64,000 nt of DNA from Candidatus Liptonbacteria bacterium (GTDB lineage Bacteria > Patescibacteriota > Minisyncoccia > UBA6257 > 2-01-FULL-56-20). The position numbers and the translations under genes were made by a program. The notes under the pieces are model-generated. The model was not told where the DNA came from. It saw nothing but the letters and a program-made list of their open reading frames with translations, and made no database searches. This document shows, in pieces, positions 31,079-40,608 of this stretch. Within the stretch, counting starts at the first letter, position 1. Each line of letters starts with the position of its first letter. The stretch lies in assembly GCA_016204385.1 (NCBI GenBank), contig JACQKW010000015.1, positions 29,882 through 93,881 of the forward strand, given 5' to 3'.

Positions 31079-31878
31079 GCGGGAGATTCTGCTTTTTTGA
31101 CCGCAGTCGAGGCAAGGTATGAAAGAAACCCCGGCACAAGCGGCAGGATGCAAGGGCTCAAGAACGATCCGAGTCCGGCAACAAACGCGATGCCCACATT
31201 TATGAAATTGAGCGACATGATCCCGCCGCCCACGCTCGTCGTGAGTCCCAGGCGACCCAAGAAATCCGCAACGACTTGGAGATTGGCGATACGGTTCAGC
31301 TGTCCGGCAAATACGAGCACTCCCAAGACGAGGAGCAGGAAACCGAAAACATATTGGACAGATTGGAGCCACTTCGCGGCGCGGGTTATGAACCGCTGTG
31401 CTTGGTTCGTAAAGAGGCCGACCACAAGGAACGGGATGCCGATCCCGAGCGTGTATGCCATAAGAAGCAAAAACGCGCTTCCCGCGTTCGTCGAGGCAAG
31501 CGCGAGGATTGCGCCCAAGGCGGCGGAGACGCATGGCGTCCAGCCCACCGCGAACGCGGCGCCGAAGGCGAACGAGGTGAGATAGTGGGACTTGAACCGC
31601 CGCACTTTGAATGTATGCTCGCGCTCAAGGAATGGGATCTTGAGGAGCCGGAGGAGATAGAGCCCAAAGACGATGATCACGACTCCCCCGATCCGCCCAA
31701 ACCATATTTGCGCGTCGTAGGCGACGTTCGAGAGGATGGTCTGAAGCAGGACACCCACGAGCGAAAAGACGACGGAGAATCCGAGCACGAAGAAAACGCT
31801 TGAGAAAAAAATCTCCCAGTTTCGCGGTTGCATGGCTCTCGGAGCGTTATTCATAACGCTAATCGGCGAATCTCCCAT
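31075..31878 (-). CDS. ccdA: Cytochrome c biogenesis / thiol-disulfide transporter CcdA (DsbD family)
   Basis: Polytopic membrane protein with FLSPCILPLVPGFLSYLA and WTPCVSAALGAIL Cys motifs. Confidence 0.85.
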   Translation of the reverse strand: MGDSPISVMNNAPRAMQPRNWEIFFSSVFFVLGFSVVFSLVGVLLQTILSNVAYDAQIWFGRIGGVVIIVFGLYLLRLLKIPFLEREHTFKVRRFKSHYLTSFAFGAAFAVGWTPCVSAALGAILALASTNAGSAFLLLMAYTLGIGIPFLVVGLFTNQAQRFITRAAKWLQSVQYVFGFLLLVLGVLVFAGQLNRIANLQVVADFLGRLGLTTSVGGGIMSLNFINVGIAFVAGLGSFLSPCILPLVPGFLSYLASTAVKKAESPA

Positions 31879-31924
31879 TGATCTCGGCAGTGGAACTGCA
31901 AATGGCTAAGTTCTATTCGCGTGT

Positions 31925-32788
31925 CTATTCCACAACGAGCTTTCCCACCATCCCTAAAGCGCGGTGGGTGCCCACGCTGCAATAGTATTCAAACGTTCCG
32001 GCTTTGTCGGCCACAAATTCAACCGAGGATTTCCCGCCGGTATTCACTTGTGCGGTTTTTGCGCTGAACCCGTCCACCGTCCAGTCGTGGAAACCCTCCG
32101 TGCTCTGAAAATCAATTTTCACCTTGTCGCCTTTCTTGACCCGAATTTCGGTTTGCGAGAAGGCAAAATTCCTGCCGGTAAGCGAGAATATTTTTACTCC
32201 ACTCATCATCGCGCCTGCTTTTTCCATCATTGCATCACCTTCCTTCTCCGTCATCATTCCTTCTCCATCTGGAAACACCATCCGTTCCTTCGCTCCGATG
32301 AGTTCCGGGGTGATGTCCCCGCACGCGACGTAGACGCCCGCCTCTGCCGCAGATTTATGCACGTTAACTGCGAGCGGCAGTTCTTCCGTAAGGTGTGAGG
32401 GTGGGATGTTCAAGGCGGTATCTGATTTTCCGTCCACTACTGGCGTAAGCGGGTGATCCACGCCTCCCAAATTCGCGCACGTGCCCGTGTGGATATGCGC
32501 GGGCTGGGGCACGCCTGCCGGGGCGCCCGTAAGAGAGATCATCACTTTTAATTTACCGTTTTCTTCGAGAAGTAAGGCCGTTCCCGACTCGCCAGAATTA
32601 TTCTGTTCGTGCAAGACGACCGGCGCGGGCACGGCCCTACTTGTTCCGGGCATCTCGCCGTGGGGTCCCTCCACTATGTCCGCGGGTTGCCGGCTCGCAA
32701 AAAGCACAATACCCACGACGATAACGAGCGCAACGATGCCGATAATCGCCGGCATTCCGATCCCTTTCCACATTAAATTTTTCTCCAT
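31925..32788 (-). CDS. Membrane-anchored cupredoxin-domain protein
   Basis: The C-terminal FHDW...YYCSVGTHRALGMVGKLVV has type-1 copper ligand spacing (H, C, H, M). There is an N-terminal TM helix. Confidence 0.7.
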   Translation of the reverse strand: MEKNLMWKGIGMPAIIGIVALVIVVGIVLFASRQPADIVEGPHGEMPGTSRAVPAPVVLHEQNNSGESGTALLLEENGKLKVMISLTGAPAGVPQPAHIHTGTCANLGGVDHPLTPVVDGKSDTALNIPPSHLTEELPLAVNVHKSAAEAGVYVACGDITPELIGAKERMVFPDGEGMMTEKEGDAMMEKAGAMMSGVKIFSLTGRNFAFSQTEIRVKKGDKVKIDFQSTEGFHDWTVDGFSAKTAQVNTGGKSSVEFVADKAGTFEYYCSVGTHRALGMVGKLVVE

Positions 32789-32933
32789 GAGAACAGCTAA
32801 AATAAGTGTTTATTCGACTATATGTATAGATAGTATAAGCCGCTCGCCGACGGGCGCAAGTGGGGGTTCTAAATTTAGTATAATAAAGATAGCTCGCCGA
32901 CAAACCCGGGATTCGCCGCGTAGAGGAGTGCGC

Positions 32934-33146
32934 ATGAAGACATATCTCGAAGTTCGGATGAACGGGACCTCCGCCACGTTCGAAATCGTCCCGACTCAGT
33001 GCCGATGGGTGGAAATATTCCGCCCCATGGAAAACGGCGTCTCCGTAAGCGTTCACTCATGCCCGGACTTATACGCCGCACGGCTCTTTCTCACCGTCCA
33101 GATGCATGGCGTGATCACGCGGGAGTGGAGCGTCCGGAACGACTGA
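32934..33146 (+). CDS. Hypothetical small protein (70 aa)
   Basis: MKTYLEVRMNGTSATFEIVP..., an internal start within the 221-aa track ORF. SD GAGGAG, TATAAT upstream, terminator immediately downstream. Confidence 0.5.
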   Translation: MKTYLEVRMNGTSATFEIVPTQCRWVEIFRPMENGVSVSVHSCPDLYAARLFLTVQMHGVITREWSVRND

Positions 33147-33178
33147 GACCCTCGGTTGCGTTCATCCGAGGGTCTTTT
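33147..33178 (+). terminator. Rho-independent terminator
   Basis: gaccctcgg-N10-ccgagggtc, followed by tttt. Confidence 0.65.
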
Positions 33179-33228
33179 GCTTAAGAAGGCACATAAAAAA
33201 TTATTCCTAAGCTTTTTCATGCATCAAC

Positions 33229-33633
33229 TCACTGCCAAAGCACTACGATGAGAGACATAATGGAGAACGAAATCAATTGATACACCGCGTTGAACGCAAA
33301 AAGTTTGAACGGTTTCCCTTCCCATAGGAACGAACCCATGAGCGTGGTCGCGACAAAGCCGAGCCACACCAAGAACGCGAGGGAAAGCGCGCCGGACGCG
33401 CCTTGTACACCCAAGGCGGCGGCGAAATACGCAAGCACGTACGCGACGATAATTGCGGTCACGAATCCGAGTCCCATCGCCTGCGCGGGCGTGAGCTTCA
33501 TCATCTTCATGCTCTCTTTCGTGAACCCCATCATCGCCATCCACTGCTTCCCGAAAAGCGGCCCGTACCAGATCGCGCCAAACGCGAACGCCGCAACCGC
33601 CGCCACGAACACTGAAATGTAGTTAATGGTCAT
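33229..33633 (-). CDS. DUF1761-like membrane protein
   Basis: 134 aa. NYISVFVAAVAAFAFGAIWYGPLFGKQWMAMMG N-terminus, 4 TM helices. Confidence 0.65.
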   Translation of the reverse strand: MTINYISVFVAAVAAFAFGAIWYGPLFGKQWMAMMGFTKESMKMMKLTPAQAMGLGFVTAIIVAYVLAYFAAALGVQGASGALSLAFLVWLGFVATTLMGSFLWEGKPFKLFAFNAVYQLISFSIMSLIVVLWQ

Positions 33634-33760
33634 ATTGATATGGATAAATTTATTTTCGACCTTATAGACTTTGCACTTATTATAGCAAACCGAGGTAAAA
33701 AAAGCCCGCCAGAGGTCTTGCGACGTAACGGGGAGCAGTAGGTCTGCTCAGTCCTGCTGC

Positions 33761-34285
33761 TCAGACCACCCGGATGAGCGGGCAGAGGCGTTGCTTGATC
33801 GCGCGAACATACTCACTGATGACGGCGAAGAATCCGCCGACATGCTGACCAGCCCGTGAATATGACGCGTGGTAGGCGATGTCGAAGATCAGACCAATCG
33901 TGTGATCAAAGACCCATTCGCCGAAAACCGATCCACGTCCGGTGATCCTCGAAAGAACGCGTTCCTTTTCCTCCCGCCTCTCAGCCACGCTCCGGCTTCT
34001 CTGCATGGTGATGTAGCCAACAACGGCGAACCCGGCTCCGAGTAGGAAGTAACTGATCGCTATCTTCCATAAGCCCAGTGCAGCAGAAAACACTGCACCG
34101 ACCACGTAGAAGAACGCGCTGCGCGGAATGAAGCGGTAGGCCTTCTTGAACTGCAGGAAGGCCACTGGGAAAAGAAGGGTTCCCCAGAAAAGCTTACAGA
34201 TGTTGAGCTTCTCCGGGTTTACCCCCCAGACCCATTGGAAAAAACGCAGGAATAGCGAACTTCTCGAGATTGTCAATGTGCGCAT
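33761..34285 (-). CDS. Hypothetical membrane protein
   Basis: 174-aa ORF with several hydrophobic helices. TTGACT-N17-TATTAT promoter and SD GAAGGAGGAG upstream. Confidence 0.55.
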   Translation of the reverse strand: MRTLTISRSSLFLRFFQWVWGVNPEKLNICKLFWGTLLFPVAFLQFKKAYRFIPRSAFFYVVGAVFSAALGLWKIAISYFLLGAGFAVVGYITMQRSRSVAERREEKERVLSRITGRGSVFGEWVFDHTIGLIFDIAYHASYSRAGQHVGGFFAVISEYVRAIKQRLCPLIRVV

Positions 34286-34499
34286 GGCACTCCTCCTTCA
34301 TTTCGTTCGGTTTAGTCCAGATTCTGTAAAATCAGAGTTCCGTGCGGTGCAATAATAGCATGCTGGCTATAAAAAGTCAATAGCGCGTAATGGTTCGAAA
34401 GCTTGGAACCGCCCCTGCCGTGGTTCAGGTTATATGGATGGCATTTCGTCAAATCTCCATTTGCCACGCCTTTTTCTTTTCAAGCGGGACAAATTCGCG

Positions 34500-34539
34500 C
34501 AAAAAAGAAACTCCCCAGCGAGACAGTGCCCGCTGGGGA
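34500..34539 (-). terminator. Rho-independent terminator
   Basis: Minus strand TCCCCAGCG-N10-CGCTGGGGA, followed by GTTTCTTTTTT. Confidence 0.65.
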
Positions 34540-34584
34540 ACGAATAGGGGTTGCTGTGGTCCCGAAGGAAGGACTGGGGGTAAT

Positions 34585-34899
34585 TCACGTGAGAAGCGCT
34601 TCCGCCACTTCCCGAAGAGCTGACTCGATCTTCTCCTGATTTGATTCCGCGGCAGAAGGGAGGTTGATGTCAATCTCCACTTCGTTCTCCTTCACGATCA
34701 GCTTTCCCAAAGCCGGAAAGTTCGTGACCGAAAAGGCGCAGATGCCGATGTTGTCATCCCATTTCTCACGCAGATCGCTCATCTCTCCGGCAAGCCGCAC
34801 CTTCACCTCCCCGAGAAGGAGCCGAGCTTGCCGCAGGGCCTCATCGCGCGGGAGAGTATGCGGCACGGCCACAGAGAGTTTAATCATGCGCCCCTCCAT
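34585..34899 (-). CDS. Small protein, possibly polyhydroxyalkanoic-acid-system family-like
   Basis: 104 aa. The layout (IKLSVAVPHTLPRDEALRQARLLLGE...VEIDINLP...IESALREVAEALL) resembles that family from memory. Tentative. Confidence 0.4.
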   Translation of the reverse strand: MEGRMIKLSVAVPHTLPRDEALRQARLLLGEVKVRLAGEMSDLREKWDDNIGICAFSVTNFPALGKLIVKENEVEIDINLPSAAESNQEKIESALREVAEALLT

Positions 34900-35006
34900 T
34901 CTATTGAATTGTTAGCGTGCTATGCAGTGCTGAATTGTATATTCAAAATACTCATTTTGTCAAAGATTGAATTGCTAAATGCTTTATCGCGGGCGCGTGT
35001 TTTGAA

Positions 35007-35324
35007 CTACCACAAGAATGGAAGGTGGCGCAAGAGCGACGCGCACGCGGTTGCGGCGTAGATACCGTAATTTACATAGTCGCTCCCTCGCACGCTCAAA
35101 TCCACGGAAAAAAATCGCCGGGCGGCATACTGGAGAAAATTCTCGTCCGCCGCAAGCGTCCCGTGGTAGCGCTTCATTCTGGTAAGGATACAATCCCCAA
35201 ACACGCGCAAATGGAGCTTGTGGAGCACGATGAGCGCAAGCACAAGCGGCAAAGGCAAAAAGAAACCGCTTACGATTGCGGCCGCAATGACAAACACGTG
35301 AAGCCAGAAGAGAAACTCCCCCAT
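35007..35324 (-). CDS. Hypothetical membrane protein (DUF2784-like?)
   Basis: 105 aa with 2-3 TM helices. Confidence 0.45.
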   Translation of the reverse strand: MGEFLFWLHVFVIAAAIVSGFFLPLPLVLALIVLHKLHLRVFGDCILTRMKRYHGTLAADENFLQYAARRFFSVDLSVRGSDYVNYGIYAATACASLLRHLPFLW

Positions 35325-35327
35325 CGC

Positions 35328-35840
35328 CTAAGAGAGCGGCGCGAAGGAGAAGAGCGTGGAAAACTGCTTGCACCAGATGACTACGGATTTGTAGTTCCCG
35401 AGCGCCGCGATCGGTTTCTTCACCACATACGTTTGTCCGCCTTTGTTTCCTTTAATGAGCTCGAGTCGCAACACATCGCCCAAACCTTCCTTTTTTATAT
35501 TTTGATTCGGCGAGAGATAGATCCATAAATCGGGGCCTTGGGTGATTCTTGTGTCGTCACCGAAGAGCACCAAGCTCTCGTTTCGCTCATCGCCCAGCTT
35601 ATTCGGGAGAACGTATACGGTGCCGACTCCGTTGTGTATGGGACCAATTCTCACAAAATGCCCGGTTCTTCCTCCTGCGGCTTTGAATTGCGCTTGGTTC
35701 CCGTGAATCCACTTAAGAATTTTTTCTTCCTTCTCGGCGAACGTCACGCGCTTCCCAAAAATGATGTCGTGAAGAGAGCGCTCCCGAAAGAGCATAATGA
35801 CCTCCTTGATGAATTTTGGAGAGAGCGAAAAGCGCGCCAT
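35328..35840 (-). CDS. DM13-domain protein
   Basis: GPDLWIYLSP...LGDVLRLELIKGNKGGQTYVVKKP...YKSVVIWCKQFSTLFSFAPL fits the DM13 pattern. Confidence 0.7.
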   Translation of the reverse strand: MARFSLSPKFIKEVIMLFRERSLHDIIFGKRVTFAEKEEKILKWIHGNQAQFKAAGGRTGHFVRIGPIHNGVGTVYVLPNKLGDERNESLVLFGDDTRITQGPDLWIYLSPNQNIKKEGLGDVLRLELIKGNKGGQTYVVKKPIAALGNYKSVVIWCKQFSTLFSFAPLS

Positions 35841-35855
35841 GCGAAAAGAATTGGT

Positions 35856-36425
35856 TTATGCGGGTTTGAGTTCCGCGTAGCTAAAAAGGACGCTGAACGG
35901 CTTGCACCACACAAGCACGTAACGATATTTTCCGGTATCGGTGTCTGCGGGAAGCGCATAGTTCACGTTCCCTTTCGTCGCTTTAATCTGGCCGAGGTCT
36001 ATAAAATCATCCGCGCCCAAATCCGCGGAGAGGTAAATATGGAGCCGCGGTCCGTTGTCGGTGAGGAAATCCTCAAACCGCACGATCTCTCCGCCGCCGT
36101 CTCGAATGAGCAGGGCGCGTCCCGCGACGCTGTGAAACCGCCGCATAAAATCACCTTGGGCCACGAGCTCGACGCCCGGGGGCATCTTCTCCATTTTCTC
36201 CATCACCACATCCTGCGCGGCCGCGACCGCATCCATAAATTCCTTCATTTTCGCCTCACTCATCGTATCAAGCGCATCTTTGATGTGAACGGCCTCCGGA
36301 ACCGAGGGCGCGGGCGTGCCAAGCGGCGACGGCTCGTCGAGTTCGCCTCCGCTATTGAGGATAAAAATCACATAGGCGCCGATGCCGAGCGCGATAATAA
36401 TTCCAAAAATAATGAGTTTCTTCAT
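35856..36425 (-). CDS. DM13-domain protein (tandem paralog, signal-anchored)
   Basis: GPRLHIYLSADL...LGQIKATKGNVNYALPAD...YRYVLVWCKPFSVLFSYAEL. Confidence 0.72.
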   Translation of the reverse strand: MKKLIIFGIIIALGIGAYVIFILNSGGELDEPSPLGTPAPSVPEAVHIKDALDTMSEAKMKEFMDAVAAAQDVVMEKMEKMPPGVELVAQGDFMRRFHSVAGRALLIRDGGGEIVRFEDFLTDNGPRLHIYLSADLGADDFIDLGQIKATKGNVNYALPADTDTGKYRYVLVWCKPFSVLFSYAELKPA

Positions 36426-36590
36426 ATGGGTGTGTTTCCTCTAAAGTATAGGCGGGGATGCCGAAAACTGCAATACGGATGGAATGCTTCTCAATACGCC
36501 GAATAGAATACCATAATCTTATTTCGCATTCGTATCCGGCTGGTGCACGCCAAAGGTATTGCCTTCGGTGTCGAGGAAGTATCCTATGAT

Positions 36591-37196
36591 TTAAGTGCAT
36601 ACCAACTGACATCTGCAAGTATTTTTAAAACATACCCTTTCACCATTGAATGTACAAAACCCCACGTCGAATCCTTTGGGTTGTTTGGTTGGATATTTGC
36701 TGCAATCCAAATTTTGACAATTTGCATTAGATAGACACCGACCCCCTTCTTCTCTGCTTCCGGCAATGGTTTGTTTGCAGAGTGAAATATAGTCTGTGCT
36801 CGGCATTAAATCACAAAGTTCAGAGTCATTGAGTTTGAGCGCGAGTTCGCGAACACACACGTCCCGTGTGCTTACCGCTCCCAGAGGAGACGTGCTCGAG
36901 AGTGTAAGACAATAATCTAAATCGCCTTTTACAATCACATAAGTATACTTGCACTCTTCGCGAGCTTGTTTTGGGCTGACACCATAGTCTTGAATGACGT
37001 GTCCTTTATTTATCTTGTCGCAGATTTTTGGGTTGTTTTCCTGCAGTGCCGCAGAGAGCGCAGCATGAATATCCCACGTTCGAGCGAATGGGTTTATCTT
37101 CTCGCCCGGACGAACCTCTGTTTGGTATATCCACAAAACGGCCGCAATAATAATTACAATGACTAACAAACCAACGATGAGTACTTTTTTCTTCAT
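36591..37196 (-). CDS. Cys-rich membrane-anchored/secreted hypothetical protein
   Basis: 201 aa with an N-terminal TM helix and more than 14 Cys. AT-rich relative to its neighbours. Confidence 0.6.
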   Translation of the reverse strand: MKKKVLIVGLLVIVIIIAAVLWIYQTEVRPGEKINPFARTWDIHAALSAALQENNPKICDKINKGHVIQDYGVSPKQAREECKYTYVIVKGDLDYCLTLSSTSPLGAVSTRDVCVRELALKLNDSELCDLMPSTDYISLCKQTIAGSREEGGRCLSNANCQNLDCSKYPTKQPKGFDVGFCTFNGERVCFKNTCRCQLVCT

Positions 37197-37200
37197 ACTT

Positions 37201-37545
37201 TTAAAAATTAAGCAACACCACGCCTGTGAGCGTAAGAACTATCGCGGTAATTTGTACCGTGTTCAAGGATTCGCCGAAGAAAAGCACTCCGGCGGTAAGC
37301 GTAATCAAGGCATAGAGCCCCGTTTGGAGAATGCTCACGATCGAGAGTTTCCATCCTGCGACAAATATATACGTGAAGAAAAAGATTTGGAAGAGGTAGA
37401 GAAGTATCGCGCCAATCATGAGCGGACTCTTCAGTGCCTCTGTAAACCCTCCTCCGCCCACGGCCGCTTTTTTTAAGAGCGCATCGGCAATCGCCACTGC
37501 GGACACCGCAAGAATAAGCAACCCGATGTGTAAAAGCTTTGGCAT
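37201..37545 (-). CDS. Small 4-TM transporter, SMR/EamA (DMT)-like
   Basis: Start at M21 (MPKLLHIGLL...). Hydrophobic 114-aa protein resembling ArnE/EamA half-size transporters. Confidence 0.55.
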   Translation of the reverse strand: MPKLLHIGLLILAVSAVAIADALLKKAAVGGGGFTEALKSPLMIGAILLYLFQIFFFTYIFVAGWKLSIVSILQTGLYALITLTAGVLFFGESLNTVQITAIVLTLTGVVLLNF

Positions 37546-37703
37546 AAGAAGAGGATCAGCGCCCGCAATGCATCTGCGCTTGTGATGCCTACCGACGTTC
37601 CGCATGAAACCCTCGACAATGCTTATTGTACCACGCTATGGGCGGGTTTTACTCTGCTTTGTTCTGTCTCGAGCAAAAAAGGACGGGGGCGGCGAATTCT
37701 CGC

Positions 37704-39497
37704 TCAAGCATCCTCCAAAAACCCGCCGGATTGGTGTTTCCAAAGCTTCTCGTATATCCCTTTCTTTTTGATCAATTTCTCGTGCGTGCCGTCCTGAACA
37801 ATCCGCCCCTGATCCATAACAATAATTCGATCAAGGTGCCTGATGGTAGAGAGCCGATGCGCAATCACGAGCGCTGTCTTGTCTTTCATGAGCTCCCAGA
37901 GCCCCGTTTGAATATACTTTTCCGATTCGGAATCAAGAGAACTCGTCGCCTCGTCAAGAATCAAAATTGGCGCATTTTTGAGCAATGCCCGGGCGATCGC
38001 CACGCGCTGTTTCTGCCCGCCGCTCAACTTTATCCCTCTCTCGCCGACCAATGTTTCATATCCGCTCGGCAATTCCCGAATGAACTCATCGGCATGAGCG
38101 ATCGTGGCCGCGCGTATAATGTCCTGCGTCGTCGCTTTTTGATTGCCAAAAGCAATGTTCTCTAAAAGAGAACGATGGAAAAGCAGCGGCTCCTGGGGCA
38201 CATACGCAACGGCTTCGCGGAGTGATGCTTGCGTGACCGCTTTCAGGTTTTTACCGTCAATCATGATGCTGCCCGACTGGGGATCGACAAAACGGAGCAA
38301 GAGCTTGGTAATGGTCGTTTTTCCCCCGCCGCTCGGCCCAACCAGGCCAACTTTTTGCCTGCTCGCAATGGCCAAATTGAAATTTCTCAAAAACGGCGGC
38401 GACTTGTCTGAAAGACCGCCATACCTGAAACTCACGTTCTTAAAAACGATATCGGCGCCGGTTGCTCGCAAGGTGGTTGCGCGTGGATCGTCCGTGATTG
38501 CCGACGTATCGCTAAAAAGCTGCGTAAATTCCGCCGCCTCGCTTATTGCGGATTCGAAGTGCCGATAAATCCTGTTGATGTCCCAAAACACGCGCGTGAT
38601 CTGTGCGTAGTAAGAAAAAATCACCATGATTGCTCCCGCGTCCAATCCAAGGCGTCCCGTAAAAAACACCGCTGCAGCCAATCCGGAGACATTTGCAAGA
38701 ACGTACATAGGGGAAACAACGGTATCAAACTTCAAGTTCTGGTAGTCGGCGGCGGCTTTGTACTTTAGAACAAAATCGTCCAGATAGTCCCCGTAGGTTG
38801 AGAGTTCATCTGTTTCGCGGGCAAACGACTTGACCGCCAACATATTCGTGATGGCATCAGACAATCTCCCTGCCACTTTACTGCTCGCGTCGTGCCGCAA
38901 GGCAACCAAGCGGGAGCGGCGGCTAATGATCGGCAGTGCGACAAAGACAACCACGGTTATCCATGCAATTAAAATCAATGGCAGCCAGAACGAATACCGC
39001 CACAGCACGACGATCGCAAACACGATCGGGAGCACGTTGTTCACGACGCTGAGGGTCAGGGTGTCGGTAAAAATTTCGAAACTGCGCGAGAATGCCAGCG
39101 CTTTTTTTGTGAGCGAGCCAACAAAGTTACTCACATAGAAATCGTAATCGCGCTCGGAAAGCCGCCGAAACGCTATCTCGCCGAGGTTTCGAAGCCCGCC
39201 AACTTCGAGCTTGATCAGGAAATGAATGCCGAGACGCCCTAATAATTCGCCAAGGAACCACAACGCGCCGAAAGCGAAAATATAGGGCCAGACAACCGCG
39301 ATTGAAATTGTGCCCTGTTTGACCAGGATATTCAGAAGATTTCCCACGATGAGCGGCGGCACAAAAAACACAAAAATAGTGCCGACGGCGGGCGCGAGAA
39401 ACGCAAAGACGGCATGTCGTAAAAATGCTCTGTATTGGGAAATATAGTCGCGCAGCACCTGACGTACTGCGCTCGTGGTGATAACTCCTTTTTCCAT
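37704..39497 (-). CDS. ABC exporter, fused permease/ATPase (MsbA-like)
   Basis: 6-TM N-terminal domain, Walker A GPSGGGKTT, signature LSGGQKQRVAIARA, Walker B ILILDEATS. Confidence 0.9.
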   Translation of the reverse strand: MEKGVITTSAVRQVLRDYISQYRAFLRHAVFAFLAPAVGTIFVFFVPPLIVGNLLNILVKQGTISIAVVWPYIFAFGALWFLGELLGRLGIHFLIKLEVGGLRNLGEIAFRRLSERDYDFYVSNFVGSLTKKALAFSRSFEIFTDTLTLSVVNNVLPIVFAIVVLWRYSFWLPLILIAWITVVVFVALPIISRRSRLVALRHDASSKVAGRLSDAITNMLAVKSFARETDELSTYGDYLDDFVLKYKAAADYQNLKFDTVVSPMYVLANVSGLAAAVFFTGRLGLDAGAIMVIFSYYAQITRVFWDINRIYRHFESAISEAAEFTQLFSDTSAITDDPRATTLRATGADIVFKNVSFRYGGLSDKSPPFLRNFNLAIASRQKVGLVGPSGGGKTTITKLLLRFVDPQSGSIMIDGKNLKAVTQASLREAVAYVPQEPLLFHRSLLENIAFGNQKATTQDIIRAATIAHADEFIRELPSGYETLVGERGIKLSGGQKQRVAIARALLKNAPILILDEATSSLDSESEKYIQTGLWELMKDKTALVIAHRLSTIRHLDRIIVMDQGRIVQDGTHEKLIKKKGIYEKLWKHQSGGFLEDA

Positions 39498-39570
39498 ATC
39501 TGCAGAAATGGATAACCATTATACTGCGGTTTCGACTCCTTATGAAATTGTCTAGAGTTAAAAGGTAAAG

Positions 39571-40170
39571 TTATGCCTTCAACTCTCTAATCTCCGCGGT
39601 TTCCAAATAAGGAATTTCCCTATGATGGCTCGCGTGCTTATTTAGAAAATAAGCACGCAGTATCTGTAAGACATCTCCGTGTGAAACAAGTAGAATCTTT
39701 TTACCTTTGTGCTTTTTCTCTAATACATTTATTAAGGCAACTGTTCGTCTGAGAACTTTATTGGGGCTCTCAACGCCCTTGTGTGTATGATTCGCGTTTC
39801 TTTTGTCGTGTTTATAAACCTCGTCGAGATTACCGAAGGCGGTTTTATCAAACTTGCCAAAGTATCTCTCCCTCAAATTCTTGTGGAAATTGATTTTTCT
39901 GGCACCGAGCGACTTTTTAGCAATTTGTGCGGTTTCTTTCGCCCTTAAAAAGTCGGAAGAATAAATGATGGTATCAGAACCCAATAGCCTGCTTTTCTTG
40001 ATTTTTGAGATAGAATTTTTAACCTGCTTTTTCCCTTTTTTTGATAATCCAAAGCGAATGGTTCCTTCTCTTGGATGACTTAAAAGTATCCCGGCAACGT
40101 TTGCTTGGCTCTCCCCATGTCGAATAACGAAATACCGATTTTTGATTTTCTTGGGCAATTTTCTCTTCAA
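39571..40170 (-). CDS. Histidine phosphatase family protein (phosphoglycerate-mutase-like)
   Basis: YFVIRHGESQANV RHG motif, with LVSHGDVL later. AT-rich gene. Confidence 0.8.
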   Translation of the reverse strand: MKRKLPKKIKNRYFVIRHGESQANVAGILLSHPREGTIRFGLSKKGKKQVKNSISKIKKSRLLGSDTIIYSSDFLRAKETAQIAKKSLGARKINFHKNLRERYFGKFDKTAFGNLDEVYKHDKRNANHTHKGVESPNKVLRRTVALINVLEKKHKGKKILLVSHGDVLQILRAYFLNKHASHHREIPYLETAEIRELKA

Positions 40171-40188
40171 GTGCTTGTGAGATAGTTA

Positions 40189-40512
40189 CTATCGAATGAT
40201 ACTTCCTGGCGGAATTTCGCGGTCGGGGTGGAGTAAAACAGGATGCCCGTCTGCATCGGCCGCCAAAATCATTCCCTCGCTCATATGCCCTTTGAGTTTC
40301 CTCGGCTCGAGGTTCACAATCACGGGCACTTCTTTCCCTGCTAAGGCGGTGGGGTCGGGATACGATTCCGCGATTCCCGCGACCACCTGCCGCTCTTCGC
40401 CGCCGATGTCGATAATAAGCTTCACGAGTTTGTCAGAATCCGGAATCTTTTCCGCAGAAAGAACTTTGCCAATCCGTATGTCGAGCTTTTTAAAATCGTC
40501 GAAGGTGATCAT
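40189..40512 (-). CDS. tRNA-binding domain protein (CsaA/EMAP-II-like)
   Basis: FKKLDIRIGKVLSAEKIPDSDKLVKLIIDIGGEERQVVAGI...SEGMILAA. Confidence 0.8.
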   Translation of the reverse strand: MITFDDFKKLDIRIGKVLSAEKIPDSDKLVKLIIDIGGEERQVVAGIAESYPDPTALAGKEVPVIVNLEPRKLKGHMSEGMILAADADGHPVLLHPDREIPPGSIIR

Positions 40513-40608
40513 GCGTGTGTGTAAAATCCTTATAAAAACTCTGCGTTGCTCTTATGGTAAACCCTTTTCTTCTTCGCCAAAGTGGGCTGGTGGGATAGTG
40601 CAAACCGC

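Noticed and set aside
29933-31534. 533-aa version of the thioredoxin-like ORF, and similar long N-terminal extensions (45006-45803 through tRNA-Ser, 45953-46966, 55464-55772, 46642-47595)
   Set aside because: The extensions overlap upstream genes or a tRNA and have Arg/Pro-rich junk composition. Internal ATGs that overlap upstream stops (ATGA), or that are followed by signal-anchor sequences, give the family-typical N-termini.
29933-32788. ccdA, thioredoxin-like and cupredoxin cluster, and the trxB-grx-dsbA cluster (54493-56400), as a novel redox system
   Set aside because: These are standard extracytoplasmic thiol-redox and copper-protein gene neighbourhoods. Nothing in the sequence sets them apart.
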